63,166 nucleotides of DNA, filler included, from Calcarisporiella thermophila CBS 279.70 (GCF_041956535.1; 9 parts of 9 records of this genome joined end to end with filler, not necessarily neighbours in it); one strand, 5' to 3'; positions 27,344-39,867 are shown, counted from the first letter of the whole stretch. Numbers and translations are program-made. Notes: a model not told the origin generated them from the letters alone.

Positions 27344-29149
27344 TTCTAACTTAGGGTTTTAGTTGTTTTCTATTGAAAAAAAGATATCGCGCATATCTTA
27401 TACGTTTGAATGCTGCAGAAAAATCTGTTTAGCCAGTTGCCATCCCAGTAAGAAGTTGGGGTTGGGAAAATGCTTGGTACAACATGTTGAAAAAATGCTT
27501 ATAATAGACATAGGGAAAATGTAATATTCCCTGTAACTGGAGTCGATGTGTCAGTGTTTAGTGGAAAATTAAGGAGGAAAAACTATGGTTATTGTTATTA
27601 AAATTAACTAAGGAAAATAGTACATATTTATAAGCTAAAAGGTAAATGGCTTGGCTAAGTGGCCAATGGCTTAACTAGGTGGCTATGAAACAAAAGAGTA
27701 AGAAACAGTGAAGGCATAGATAGTGTTGCATAAAGATCGTCGTGGCGCTATGAGCATATCCATAATAGAACGTATCCTCTTACAAAAGGGGTCTCTATAC
27801 GTACGACAATTCAAAAGGGCCCAAAAAATCCTCCATCCAGGATGTGCTGAATTACAGCAGTCCGATGGAGCAGTCGGTAGGGCTAATTCATCAACTATTG
27901 TATATGTCGCCCTGCTACAGATCTCAACTCCAGAAAATTTCGGCGCTACACACTAGGAATCAACTCAAAATATCATTCTAAAAATTATTTTATGGTTATT
28001 CAAACGATAGTTTTTATTGTCAAAAAAGAACAGGATGAAGCAATATTATGCATTCAGCTCTTTTTTTATTTCTTAGCCAATATACTGTATATTTCATGAA
28101 GTGGATTGGTGTGCAATCGTATACTAACTGAAACTAGAAAACTATCTAGAGAAACTTTTGTGTGTAAAACGCAGCATGGATCAGATATGAAAAGGCAGCA
28201 TTTTAGCCATTCGGAAAAAAAAATTGGAGTAGCATCGGAAGTTATCCCCTATAATAAATTCTTCTAAAGAAAGTGCAAAAGAAAATGTAATTATAAAGGA
28301 AGAAATATAGAGAAATATGAATGTTCCTTTTGCTTATACATGCTTCGTTGTATTTTCCATATAAATATGGATTATTACTAACCTAATATAATTCCCGTTG
28401 GGCGAGAGCCCAAGGGAAATGAAGCTGGATGGTATCGGCTCTTCGGAGCCCAAATCGTGCTTTATTTGTAGAAAAATAAAATATAGATAAAATATAGATA
28501 AAAATATCGATAAAATAAATTTTTAGATGACTTCAATACACTTAAACAAAAAAGAACTAGTCTAAGAAATAATGTAAACATATAAGTTGGTCATCTACTT
28601 CTAATTCCATCCCTTAGCTTTGAGAAGTCTCCTGAAATCGCGTCTCTCGTCGCATGGGTGTGGTGGGCGGGCATCCAGCTTCATTTTCTTATGTCCAGAT
28701 GAGGCCCTAGTTAACATCCGGATTCTCGTTATAATTAATTATTTTGCGTATAAAACTTAAAATAAATCTTCGATATTGTAAAATTGCTTTTTTACATCCC
28801 TTTTATGAATTTTGAACATACAGTAAGCATTGGTTAAACCGTACTCGTATCTATTGCATATCGAGAGATAAATTAGACAGAGCATCAACTATAGTACTAT
28901 TCAAGCATGTTACTATACGTATTGTATTGTAGCGAGATGTATCACCCAAGCTATACTACTCTAAACCAAGACATTGACACCTAAGCTTTCCCCATCTGTT
29001 TCGATGAGTAGTAATATATATTTTTATCTTTTATTATTTTTACCATTTCACTTTAGAATATACCTCTTGGTTTTAACAACACCATATTGTTTTCCTCGAC
29101 TCTTTAATTCCTTAACCTTTAAGTCCCTAACCTAAGGTTGAAAAATTTA

Positions 29150-29997
29150 GCACGCTTTTGAGAAATTAAGCATGCTTCTGAAATATAATCTTCAATCATC
29201 ATCACAAATGGTAATAGAATTTTGGACTTGTTGGATTTGTTAGCCAATTTCAAGCCTAAAGAGAGAGTCGATTTTGCTAATGGAATCCTCGGTGCTTTCC
29301 ATTAGCTGCTGCCTTTTCCCTTCAGGTTTGCGTGCGGGCATGCGTGCTGGTGATAACCCTTTTGTTTACAGCTAGTGCAAAATGAGATTTCGCTCGGTTG
29401 TTCATGCTTTTGTTGCTGAGATTTTGGGGTTTGACCGTGTTGTTTACGCGCCTTATTCTGGTTATCATTAACCGTTGTCCTTGAATCTTTGCGATCTCTG
29501 TAATTTCGGTTGCTTGAACGTGAGTTATTACCGAGTTTGGATTCATCATAGCGGACTGCGATTGAAAACGCCTCTTCCAAATTCTTAGGAAATAAGCTGA
29601 GTATAGTTGCTGCGTTTCTTCCTTCAGCCCTGCGCTGAATTTAGACATGCGCAATTCTTCGTCTTGTTACGTTTCGTAGTTTCAGCTTGTCTTATACTTG
29701 TGACTATTTGTGACATCATCATTATATGCATATATTATATGCATATAATGATGATGCCAATATATACTGTATAATATATATATTGGCTTTTGGACTTTGG
29801 AATAAACCATGCGGAGTTTTCTCTTACTCTCCTATCTCAAACTATCCATAACAGTCTATCCACGGGAATAAGCCCCAAAATTTACTTAACTCGGCCATGT
29901 AGCTTCTTACATCACCAACTTTTCTGATTTTCATGAACTTAACTAGCAGGTCAAGTTGTCTTTCCTTAGACTCGAATCTCGCTAAGAACTCTGCTGA
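29150..29997 (-). mobile_element. Decayed Ty3/Gypsy-like gag(-pro) fragment
   Basis: EFLARF...VRSYMAEL...[solo LTR]DEELRMSKFSAGLK; zinc knuckle CTSCKQKG(Y)HQHAC with His changed to Tyr. Confidence 0.75.
29665..29853. mobile_element. Solo LTR-like insertion (family B), 4-bp TSD GTCT
   Basis: TGTTA...TAACA termini, GTCT on both sides; removing it restores the gag frame (WIDEELR). Confidence 0.8.
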
Positions 29998-30214
29998 TGT
30001 CAGGATTTTAATTTTTACTTAACTTTTTACATGCATCTAATTATTACTTGTTTGTTTGTAAATGATAAATCCTGTTTGTTGTTTTTCTTGTTATTCTTTA
30101 AATAGTTCAGCTATTTGTTTTCTGATCCTCACTCCTATTTTTCTCTTTATATTTTTACAATTATTATTATAGTAAACTATAGGAGTCCGAAAGTCGCAAA
30201 TTACTTTCGTTACA
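29998..30214 (-). mobile_element. LTR family A copy
   Basis: Near-identical reverse complement of 33037-33251; TG...CA ends; flanks differ (GCTGA/CATAC). Confidence 0.85.
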
Positions 30215-31619
30215 CATACTGTAGTATTCTGACCAAAGACTTGGGCGTTGACAAAATTTGACTTGTTCATTTCCTGGAAATTTGGTGGATATTCTGGTTT
30301 GATGTCGATTATGAGGGATTCCGGGTGTTCATCTAGCGCGCTCGACACTCTCAGAGACGGCGCGCTGGGTGAAAATGCGTTGCGTTGATGTTTGGAGTGG
30401 CTATTATAGTGTTCGAATAGCGAACTTGGTCTTCATCAGGAGAGATGTCCTCGTTTCGTTGCTCGATTGGAGATTCCGAGTGGGTATCCATGTTGTAGGC
30501 TTGTCTCACGTTAGGGAGTGGCTGTTTGTTTGTTGGAATGGAGCTTGAGTTGGCGATTGCTCTTTCTGGATGATTTCCCATGAGCTCAGGACACTCCAAT
30601 CTCCAATGGTCACTTCTGCAGTCCGGACAAGGGTACGGAGATTTGCCTCTCCAGAACGGCCTGTTTTGGGCTTGCTTAGGTCGCTTTTCATTGTCCTGAG
30701 GATTGTCTGGCATTAGTTCTTTATTGGGGACTAGATCGATGTGAATCCGGCGGAGATCTTGGGCCTTTGCGAGATTCCTGATATTCCTCGGTAATCCATT
30801 GAGGATCTCGCAAATCATCACTTTGTGGCTGTTCTCTCCGTATACCCGTCGCGCCAACGAGTATTTGTCCCGATAATAATTCAGAATTGATTCCTTGCCA
30901 TCAAAGATGCGGTGTCAGAGTTTTAGTGCAAGCTGCGCCTCGTAATCAGGGGGCCTAAAATAGTCGCGTAAGGCGGCGCACCATTCATCCCAGGTAGTTA
31001 GGGCGCAACGCTGTTCTTCTCCGAGATCGAAGAACCAGTCGAGAGCTTCTTTCTTCAATACATTTGGTAGCATCAGAATGACTTCGTAATCGGAGGTCCT
31101 GCTGCAAGTCTTAATCTGGCTTGCTCTTTCGATCCAAAGATCAACGTCTTCCGAAATGGTGCCTTGGAATATAGGTATTTCGTTAATATCTAGGCGTTGA
31201 GGTCTGTCGCTATTATCAGTGCCAAAGGAATGGTTGTGTCGGATTGCCAAAAGATCGTCGTCGTGCTTTTTCTCGATTAGGGACGGACTGGCATATTCAG
31301 GAGAGATTACTTGGGTTGGAGCCTGTGATTTCTCCAAAATCTTCCCGAACATGTTTAGCATCTGTTCCATCGCTGAAGATTGTCGTTGTTGGGCTTCGGG
31401 CAGTTGCTTCAAGATTTCTGATTGTTGCTTTAGCAGCAAATGAACAGTGGTTTCCTCTTGTGAAGAGGCTGGGGCAAGGGTTGCCGTTGTGGGCGATGAG
31501 GTTGAGTCGGCGAGGCGACTGCCAGATGATTCCGCGGTGTTTACAGAGTCGCTGCGTAACACGCGGGTTGAAGATTGTATTTCGCGGGCGCGGCCCGAAG
31601 TTGGAAGTGTAGGAGGCAT
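30215..31619 (-). mobile_element. Ty3/Gypsy-like gag, interrupted
   Basis: IPIFQG..SEDVDLWI, LKKEALDWF, TWDEWCAALRDYF; knuckle CPDCRSDHWRLEC; internal stop codons. Confidence 0.85.
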
Positions 31620-31665
31620 TAGGAAGGATATACACTCAGGAATTTGCTATTCTGTTGTTTCGTGT

Positions 31666-31683
31666 ATACCCGGTTCTCCACCA
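31666..31683 (-). promoter_or_regulatory. Primer-binding site for tRNA-Ala
   Basis: TGGTGGAGAACCGGGTAT 1 nt after the LTR is complementary to the 3' end (+CCA) of tRNA-Ala 23988-24060, with one bulged G. Confidence 0.85.
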
Positions 31684-31684
31684 G

Positions 31685-31922
31685 TGTAACAGCTCAACAT
31701 CTGTCGGAAATGTTATCCCTTATTTAAAGAATGGGGAAAGGTGAGGAACCGAAAATCAAGGAATTAGGAGTTATATAAAGGAGATTTCAAGAAAAACAAA
31801 GCTGTATCACAGAACTAGATTGTAATTTAATAATTAAATGAAAGAAACGAGTATATGTGTGTATAAAATGCATTAAATGAATGGTGTGAAAAAAAAAGGG
31901 GTCGGAACTTGGTCATGTTACA
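31685..31922 (-). mobile_element. 5' LTR (family C) of the Ty3/Gypsy element
   Basis: TGTAACA...TGTTACA 7-bp inverted termini adjacent to the PBS. Confidence 0.85.
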
Positions 31923-34230
31923 AGGAGATGGTTGACTTGTTCGACAATACTCTACTTGCAGCGGTCCAGTATGCGGCCGAGGAAACACTCGGTTCCTACC
32001 TACCCACGGTAGCAAGACAGCAGCAGGACCATCTACTCTCCAAACTATCCACCCCCTCTCGCTCTCCGAGGCGATGAGAGTTTTCAAACGCACCCAACGG
32101 TCCACCCGGCTAGACAAACATATCAACACTAGAAACCCCGGTCGTACAGTTGAAGAGGATGTAAGGGACCATTTCCAACACACCTTCCAGTATTCAAGCG
32201 CGCAATCAGACGACGACCCCCCAACACGAATCCCATCCACAACCTTACTTGGAGAGGGGAAAGCACTAGCGACCTACTTTACCCCAGTAAACATTCTGGA
32301 GTTCATCCTCAACTACCCCGCCCATAAATCCCCGGAGGGGACACCATACACAGAGAGATACTATTAGCGCTACAACCAGCCGGATTCATGGACCACCTAA
32401 CCCATCTTTTTAGACTGTGTGCCCTCGCTGGCTGCACACCGAGGCGATGGAACTGCTCCGTCGTCTTCCCAATCCCGAAGTCGTATGACGCTAGAGTCAT
32501 TTCGGCCTTCCGGCCAATCGCTCTCACCGTCATGTTCAGAAGAATATTTGAGGGCGTCCTCCTCTCTTCTTTGCAGTATGACTGGACCAAGCGATCCCTC
32601 TTTCAACACAACTTTGGCCAAGCGGGCTTCCGCTGTGGCTTCTCCACCCTCACCCATGCCCTGGTCTCCCACGAGTGTAACCTACTAGGGTTTGGCATCA
32701 AAGCATTCATCGACCTCCGCCAAGCATACGACAAGGTGAAGATCAACAGACTGCTAAGGAAACTCCGGTCAAAAGGTGTATCCCCGGTCCTGGACAACGT
32801 GATAGCCTCGCTCTTCACCAACACCTCCTCCCAACCCGTGGTGAATGGGGCCCTCCTCGAACCCATACCCCACTACAGGAGATTGTTCCAAGGTTCGCTC
32901 CTCTCCCCATGGCTCTTCAATATCTATATTGATGACCTGGCGGAGCGACTCAATGGAAGTCAACATCAACAAAAGCGGAATCACCGGAGCCAAGCAAGGC
33001 ACTGTCTTCCACCTGGCCAACCAAAAAATCCCGCACTGTAACGAAAGTAGTTTTCGACTTTCGGACTCCTATACTTTACTATAATAATAATAGTAAAAAT
33101 ATAAAGAGAAAAATAGGAGTGAGGATCAGAAACAAATAGCTGAACTATTTAAAGAATAACAACAAAAACAATAAACAGGATTTTCATTTACCCCCAAACA
33201 AGTAATAATTAGATGCATGTAAAAAGTTAAGTAAAAATTAAAATCCTGACACGCACAACACCCACAAGTACCTAGGCTTCCCCCACACCGGCAAAGGCAT
33301 AGATTGGGAAAACCATCTCACCCAGGGCACGGAAAAGGCGCTAAGCTCCATCCGGTTCCTGGAAAGAGTTGGCATAGCATGGCCCTCGTGGGTCCGATTG
33401 GCCGTGTATCGCTCCTTCATTAGGCCCACCTACGAATACGGCGCACCCATATTATATTGGGCCATTGAGAATAGCTTAGTCCCGCAAAGTTGGCGCAACC
33501 AGCTGGAGGAGCTCCACAATAGAAGCCTAGCCTGGGTGTACAAGGTTCCCTCAACCCCCGGAAAAAAAGCGCCCCTACTCTCACGTCCTGCACTCCATCT
33601 CGGGCATGGGATCCGCGATGGACAGATTCAGAGCACTGGCATTCCGATTACACATCCACATTCTCAAGTCGCACCGAGACAACCCTGCCACCCTCATGCT
33701 CGCTCAGGAACGACAATTCCAGTGGCCGATCAGCGCACTCTCCCACATTCTGCCCAGATTCAAATCCTACCCGCGGTGGAGGGAGTATGAAAACCGACCA
33801 AAAGTACGAGGCCGCCAACAACCGCTCTCCGAATTTCTAGTGGAAAAACGCCTACAACCACTTGCAGCATATACTCTGTGCTCCTATGTGCTCCCATAAT
33901 GTAGAGCACGATGCGGAATAGACAAGTTCATCTTCTTCCCGGATCCCAACGTGGTGTCATGGGCAGTAAGATGGCGTCTCAACACCTTCGGCATCGGGAA
34001 ACGCTGCCCTGAATGCCGGCAGCCCTTCAATAGAGCCCACGTACTCTACTGTGGTCTACTCTCCAACAACATGAACCTGAGCGAGGCAGACTTTGAGGCC
34101 AAGACGGAAGAAGCCCGAGCGAACCGCATAGATGGCTACTACACCATCCTGATTCTCTCCTGAACCGCCGCCAATATGAAAAATTCGCCAGATGCATCTA
34201 CTCACTCATCCGACAGTTTGAGGATTAGCA
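31923..34230 (+). mobile_element. Decayed non-LTR retrotransposon RT with C-terminal CCHC finger
   Basis: FRPIALT, QAGFR, FIDLRQAYDKV, FQGSLLSPWLFNIYIDDL, KYLG, CPECRQPFNRAHVLYC; frameshifts; YADD segment not seen. Confidence 0.9.
33037..33251 (+). mobile_element. Solo LTR family A inside the LINE, 5-bp TSD CGCAC
   Basis: TGTAAC...TGACA; CGCAC at 33032-33036 and 33252-33256. Confidence 0.92.
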
Positions 34231-34981
34231 GAAGAAAAAGGGATTGAACGATCCCTTTCTCTACGAACCACAAACAAAAGACCAGATCCACTCTAGAAAA
34301 ACCGGTTTTGTGGCTGAGCAACCTCCATTAGCCGGCTCCCATCGCCATAAAACAAGCCCAAATCCCCCAGCTGTAGGGACCACCACTCGATTCACAAGAA
34401 GAAATAATAATATTTATATTACAGCAAAAGTTTAATTAATACTTATACTGTACGTACAGTACATTACAAGGCCTTGTCGCGAGAATCATCTCTACCACCT
34501 GTTTTCGGACCTGTCTATTCCTCCTCGCACCTTCATTAGTTTCTATTACCCTCATTCCACCATAGAGATACAGCAGCAGGAGTAAGATCTCCGTAGCACG
34601 CCCCCCCCCCCCATCTTCAACACTATCGACATAATGGCTCGAAATTGGGCAGGCTAAATCAATATAGAAAAACACAGGGAAACGCAGATCGGTCTATGCA
34701 AAAACCCAAGCAACCCTCCTTTATCAACCCCGAATTCACCCTTGGACCCCTAATCCAACCCCCGCCCCCTCAGTTTCCAAATCCCCCCATATTAACAGCC
34801 CTCAACTCAGACGGAATCCAATTTCGGTTCCCCGAGGACTTCAAACTCTGCATCCACACTCTCCTCAATGAAATTGCCCTTTATCCCCCCCTTTTCCGGC
34901 CCAATTGCTGTGATTGTTCCTTGTCTACATCCCCCACAACATATACATCGTCCTCAATAAACTGCCATAAAGCCTAACCTA

Positions 34982-36103
34982 ATGTTGGAGCCAACTGAAC
35001 CTAACAATAGTAACTCCATATTGGCCATCAGCCCCATGGTTTCCCTCTTTACTGCAGATGAAACTGGAGGGTCCGATCAGGATACCGATGAAGGCAGTTC
35101 AGCTGGCAACACCACAGACAAAGCACCCACTGAAGATCAAATCATGGTATTTGACCGCTTGGCGCATCTCAGGGAAGCATTGAGGAAAAAGAATGCTTCT
35201 CCAGATACAGAGGAATTGCTGCTACGCGGGAAAGGGAGACTGGCGAAGCATCGCAATTATTCCTCAGCGCAAAAGAAATGGGTCGCGTGGTGTGCAGCAA
35301 ACAATATTCCGCCTTTCCAAGCCCCAGCATCGGCAATTGCAGCCTTTTTGGTTGAGCAACACAAACAAGGGAAAGCCGCAAAGTCTTGTCAACTTTATCG
35401 CTTAGTGATCGGTAAGATTCAAACAGGTGGAAACCCTTATCAGGACCCCTTGGTCGTCGAGGTTCATAGAGAAATAGCTAGAGAGGTACCACCTATCAAC
35501 CTTGCTGAAAGGCCAGTGGACATCTCCCCGATCATTGAACATTTTAAAAAGACGACAAACTCGGCACTCAATTTGCGCGCGCTCACGTACAAACTAATAT
35601 GGTTATTCGCGATAGTCACATTTTCAAGAGTCTCAGACTTGGATTGTATGGGCTGTCGGTCAATAGTCATTGACGACACGGTCCTGAGAGGAGTAATCAA
35701 CTGCCCAAAGGAGACAAGAAATAATCAAAGAGTAGTCAAAGAATTTCACCTCCATCGTCACCCAGATCCCTGTTTGTGCCCAGTGGAGTGCTTCATCGAG
35801 TATCGTAGGCGGTGGCAAGCTAAAGGAAAGCTCGTGGAAGGGACAAAGATCTTTTTGATTCCCAATACCGGACTTCCAGCCAAGCCTTCAACCTTATCTC
35901 GATGGATCAAGTCAATCTTCGGGATTGCGGGATCCAATTTACGCGCTCACGGCGCACGCAAGATGGGTGCAACTCTCGCATTAAGAGGATTCGACGTAAA
36001 CCCGGTGGTAATACTAGGAAACTGGGCTTCGTCATCCACCTTCGACCTCTTGTACAGAAGAGATCGAGCGTTCAACGCAGATATCACCAGTGTGATCCTC
36101 TAG
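34982..36103 (+). mobile_element. Tyrosine recombinase of a DIRS-type retrotransposon, open ORF
   Basis: SRVSDL, PKE, LCPV, AHGARK, GNWASSSTF..LY catalytic set; an overlapping frame 35124-35183 reads HPLKIKSWYLTAWRISGKH*, like a DIRS pol C-terminus. Confidence 0.88.
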
Positions 36104-37859
36104 ACCAACCGCGAGAACACACAGTAGGGCCCTCTGCATCATCCTGAAGCGTGGACTGCTGACAAAATCCGCAGCCNNNNNNNNNNNNNNNNNNNNNNNN
36201 NNNNNNNNNNNNNNNNNNNNTTAATTAATTAANNNNNNNNNNNNNNNNNNNNNNNNNNNNNNNNNNNNNNNNNNNNAATTTACAAACCCTACAACGTCCC
36301 TAGGACTAGTTTGTATACAGGCTTTTGTAAGATGAATGATTTAAAATTTGCTAGTATAATAATGTGCGTAACCTGTCACATTGAAAGTGAGTCTTGGATA
36401 CCGTAATATGATCAATTGTTTTGAAATACCTTATGAGGGTACCAATGTTCACACGTTTATTGTGGAATTGTGCCAGTATCTGGTGGCATATTTGAATGGC
36501 GTTCTATTTCAAGGGATTTCGCCTCGGTGACCCCTTCTAATGGTCGTATTTTCTGATTATTTTGACCTCTCTTCACTTTCTCCAACCACTGAATCAGCCC
36601 GATTTCGATTCTGATATCCATTTTTTCGCCTGACGAGATTTATTAAAACTGCCGACTAGCTAAAGCAATAAAATACAAATATTAATCAATACATTGGAGT
36701 GTAAACGAATCTTCCCAGAATCCAATCGAAAATCCTCTCGATAAACTCTTATATTCTCTGGTCCCAAACTACTCAAATACATTTACAAAAGATTTTTTTT
36801 GCACTGAAGCTTGGATTTGTCAATAAAATTCTTACTTTCCTCTTCTAAAGAGGACAGAGGAGGGTTGGCCAAAGAGGGAAAGCTATATTTTTCAATACTA
36901 TCAGCTTACCATCTTTGGTTTCAATATAAACTTGAATTCCCGGATCATGACATTGCTCTTTTGTACTCTTCTGAGCCATAATGTACCGATGCCCGTTAAT
37001 GCTTGGTTTCTTTGACTATCATTCTTCTCTGCGAGCCAAATTAGTTCGTAGTAATTTTTCCCACAGTGGACTCCTCACAAATCTTGGGCAACTATACAAT
37101 ACTTGAATTTTTTTATTTGGATTAGCCGTTTGTAGTGAATGATTGGCCAAAATGATCTAATTGTGCATTAAGCAGATCGTTTTCGTTAGAAAAATGGTAC
37201 CGCATAGCTAACTATGCGTCGGATTTCATGCCTCGGTAATCCAGATTACCTAAAGACAACACGCTTCGATTTGATTAAGCAAATCAGCGTATACCTCGAG
37301 AGAAAATCTGGAAAGAGGTTTTCTAGTCCAGCTGATAAAGCGGTGCAGTAGCCAAAGAGTGCTTAAGCACAGGTGAATGCCTATTTACTATCAGATATAT
37401 TAAGGTGATCAGGGTTGTAAAAACACTGATGAAATACAAAAATATGGTGGTTTTATCCATATTTTTAAAAATTGAATGATATATATATAACCTACAAGAA
37501 ATAAGGGTAGGAAGCTCACGAATTGAATGGGCCGTAATCACGTTGAACCAGCCTCAATTAACTACTAATATATAGTTTAAGGGTCAAATGATGCTATTAC
37601 GGAAAAGTAACTCTATTGCAATATGTAAAACTAATTTTCATGGTTCAAATGGAAACATAATATAAAAAATATGAAATTTCGGTTATATCCTACTATTCTT
37701 AGGGCCACGTTATCAAAAACAAAATACAAATCACAACGCTGAAAAAATAATGATCAGGTACCGCTGCTCCTCTTTTGAACAAAATTGATTTGAGCCGATA
37801 TTTTCTTATCCTATATCGATGATAAAAATAGCGTGAATAAGCCCGAGAATAGCCTCCAC

Positions 37860-38763
37860 ATGAGTATGTCCTCAAAAGATACGAGTCGGTTGGAGAAGCG
37901 AAGCCGAATCAGCCGAGCGTGTGAATCTTGCCGACGCAGAAAGATGCGATGCAACGGTGGCAATAAAAAAAAATGCTCTAACTGTCACCTTTATGGACTC
38001 GAGTGTGTGTTCACTCCAAGGAGTAAAAGGCGAAACCCAATGAAAGGGTATGCAAAAAGAAATCATCTCTATATTGTCGTTCTTCTATCATTCACTTGTA
38101 TTACTTATGTGCTCTTACGCCCTCTTAATGCCTTCCCTTCTGCAGTCACCTTGATGCTCTTGAAGAGAGAATTAAACGTATAGAGAGAATCCTCACAAAG
38201 CAACAAGGGAATACAACCAATATAAGCTCTGGTGAAAAAAATACGACAGTTTCTTTGCAAAAGGTGCAAAAACTCAAGCAAGATCTAGCAAATTATTTAC
38301 ATCAACAGAATCCAACATCAACGGAATCTAATGACACATCAACACTTAATCGAACCTCAACCGGAATCAGTCCTCTCTCATTATCCTTGCAATCACACTC
38401 CCCACATTTGGCCCTCACTCCAGAATCTTCGGTAGCGAAGTGGTTAAAAGATCCACCTAATGACTGGAATGAGGAAGAAGAGGATCTCACATACCAGCTC
38501 GAGGATATTTCGCTTGAGGACGAAAATAGCGTCTGCTATATCAATGATACTCATGGAGATATTATTTTCGTCAAGCTTTTAGAAAACCTTAATCAAAATG
38601 ACTTGGCCCAGCTTCCCTTCCCAACGCGGCACGGTCGACGAGTATTCGCACGAAGATTGGATGGAAATGATTTCTTGCTTCTTGAGGAGTCTAATGATGT
38701 GGATGTAGATAAATATCGTAATGAGTTACCCCCGAAAGATATTGCTGATTTCTTGGTGGACGC
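37860..38763 (+). CDS. Zn(II)2Cys6 transcription factor, 5' part (cut by the gap)
   Basis: RACESCRRRKMRCNG..KKCSNCHLYGLECVF; intron ~38048-38145; coiled coil; ELPPKDIADFLVD. Confidence 0.9.
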
Positions 38764-38909
38764 GTAAGTGCTGCTTANNNNNNNNNNNNNNNNNNNNNNN
38801 NNNNNNNNNNNNNNNNNNNNNTTAATTAATTAANNNNNNNNNNNNNNNNNNNNNNNNNNNNNNNNNNNNNNNNNNNNAAATGACAATATAGACTTCTAGA
38901 TAATATCTA

Positions 38910-38960
38910 GATTAAGCCACAGTAAAAATGTATAATATACATTTTTACTGTGGCTTAATC
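38910..38960. repeat. Perfect 25-bp-arm inverted repeat with 1-nt spacer
   Basis: GATTAAGCCACAGTAAAAATGTATA-A-TATACATTTTTACTGTGGCTTAATC. Confidence 0.95.
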
Positions 38961-39207
38961 CACGTGATGACAATCCAATCATATTACTGAGACCCTAAAA
39001 CCGTGTTTTTTGTCGGATATGTGTTTTATCATACAAAATATCCTACACGCATAAAAAACAAAAAATTCTGTGTTTTATCCTGTGTTTTTACAACCCTACT
39101 CCCAGTAAATCAACCAAAATTGAACTAAGTAGTAAATGATGTGTATCATTAACATCTGCCACATTTCTTACTTTTATTCATTTTTTATCAATAATATTAT
39201 ATTTACA

Positions 39208-39420
39208 TTAATTCCGAATAGGACAATTACGTAGGTCATGACCAGTCTGCTTATATCCACGACAAAAACGCATCTTTACCTCATGCTGAGCCTTCATGTG
39301 TTTATTGGATTTAGGTCTACCTTTTGTTACGACTTCTTGTGGGTCGGCTATGCTAGCAATCGGCTCCGGAGAACCACATAGTTGTAACAGTTCTGAGACT
39401 GTTAATGATTCGGATTCTTA
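39208..39420 (-). mobile_element. Mutator/MULE-like transposase C-terminal remnant
   Basis: IADPQEVVTKGRPKS...RFCRG(Y)KQTGHDLRNCP*: AT-hook plus a decayed zinc knuckle. Confidence 0.6.
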
Positions 39421-39428
39421 TTGAATAT

Positions 39429-39596
39429 AAACTAAAAACCTTTTATGTTATTTTGAGATTATGTACTGTCTATAGATTTGGTAGCCATCGGTAGATCCAG
39501 AAAGCGCAATATCACGCAAGTCTGTAAAATATCCGTCTTGGACCAGTTCCTTATAACGTCTGCCATCAAATATATCCCCATAAGTATATTCAGCCC
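39429..39596 (-). mobile_element. CACTA-like transposase exon fragment
   Basis: YGDIFDGRRY...DIALSGSTDGYQIY; near-identical to 57888-58041. Confidence 0.8.
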
Positions 39597-39867
39597 TACA
39601 AAAAACTCCAATAGAGGAAATAGTTAAAAATCTTATAGAAATCGTAGGGTTGTGAAAACATATAGAATCGCGAACCATACCTTTACGATTTCGTTATGTG
39701 AGCTCAATGATTTCTTATTCCATATTCCTTATATTTTCTATACTTTTATCTTGCCGGTTTTCTTACTATTTTCTCTGTAATATTACTTTTCACTGATTTT
39801 ATTTTTACCAAATTAATTATTTAAAATATTTGTTAATAATCTCTGATTTATTAGGATTCTATATTAT

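Noticed and set aside
28695-28730. CAGATGAG as a hammerhead ribozyme core
   Set aside because: The core needs CTGATGA and a downstream stem-GAAA, which are not present.
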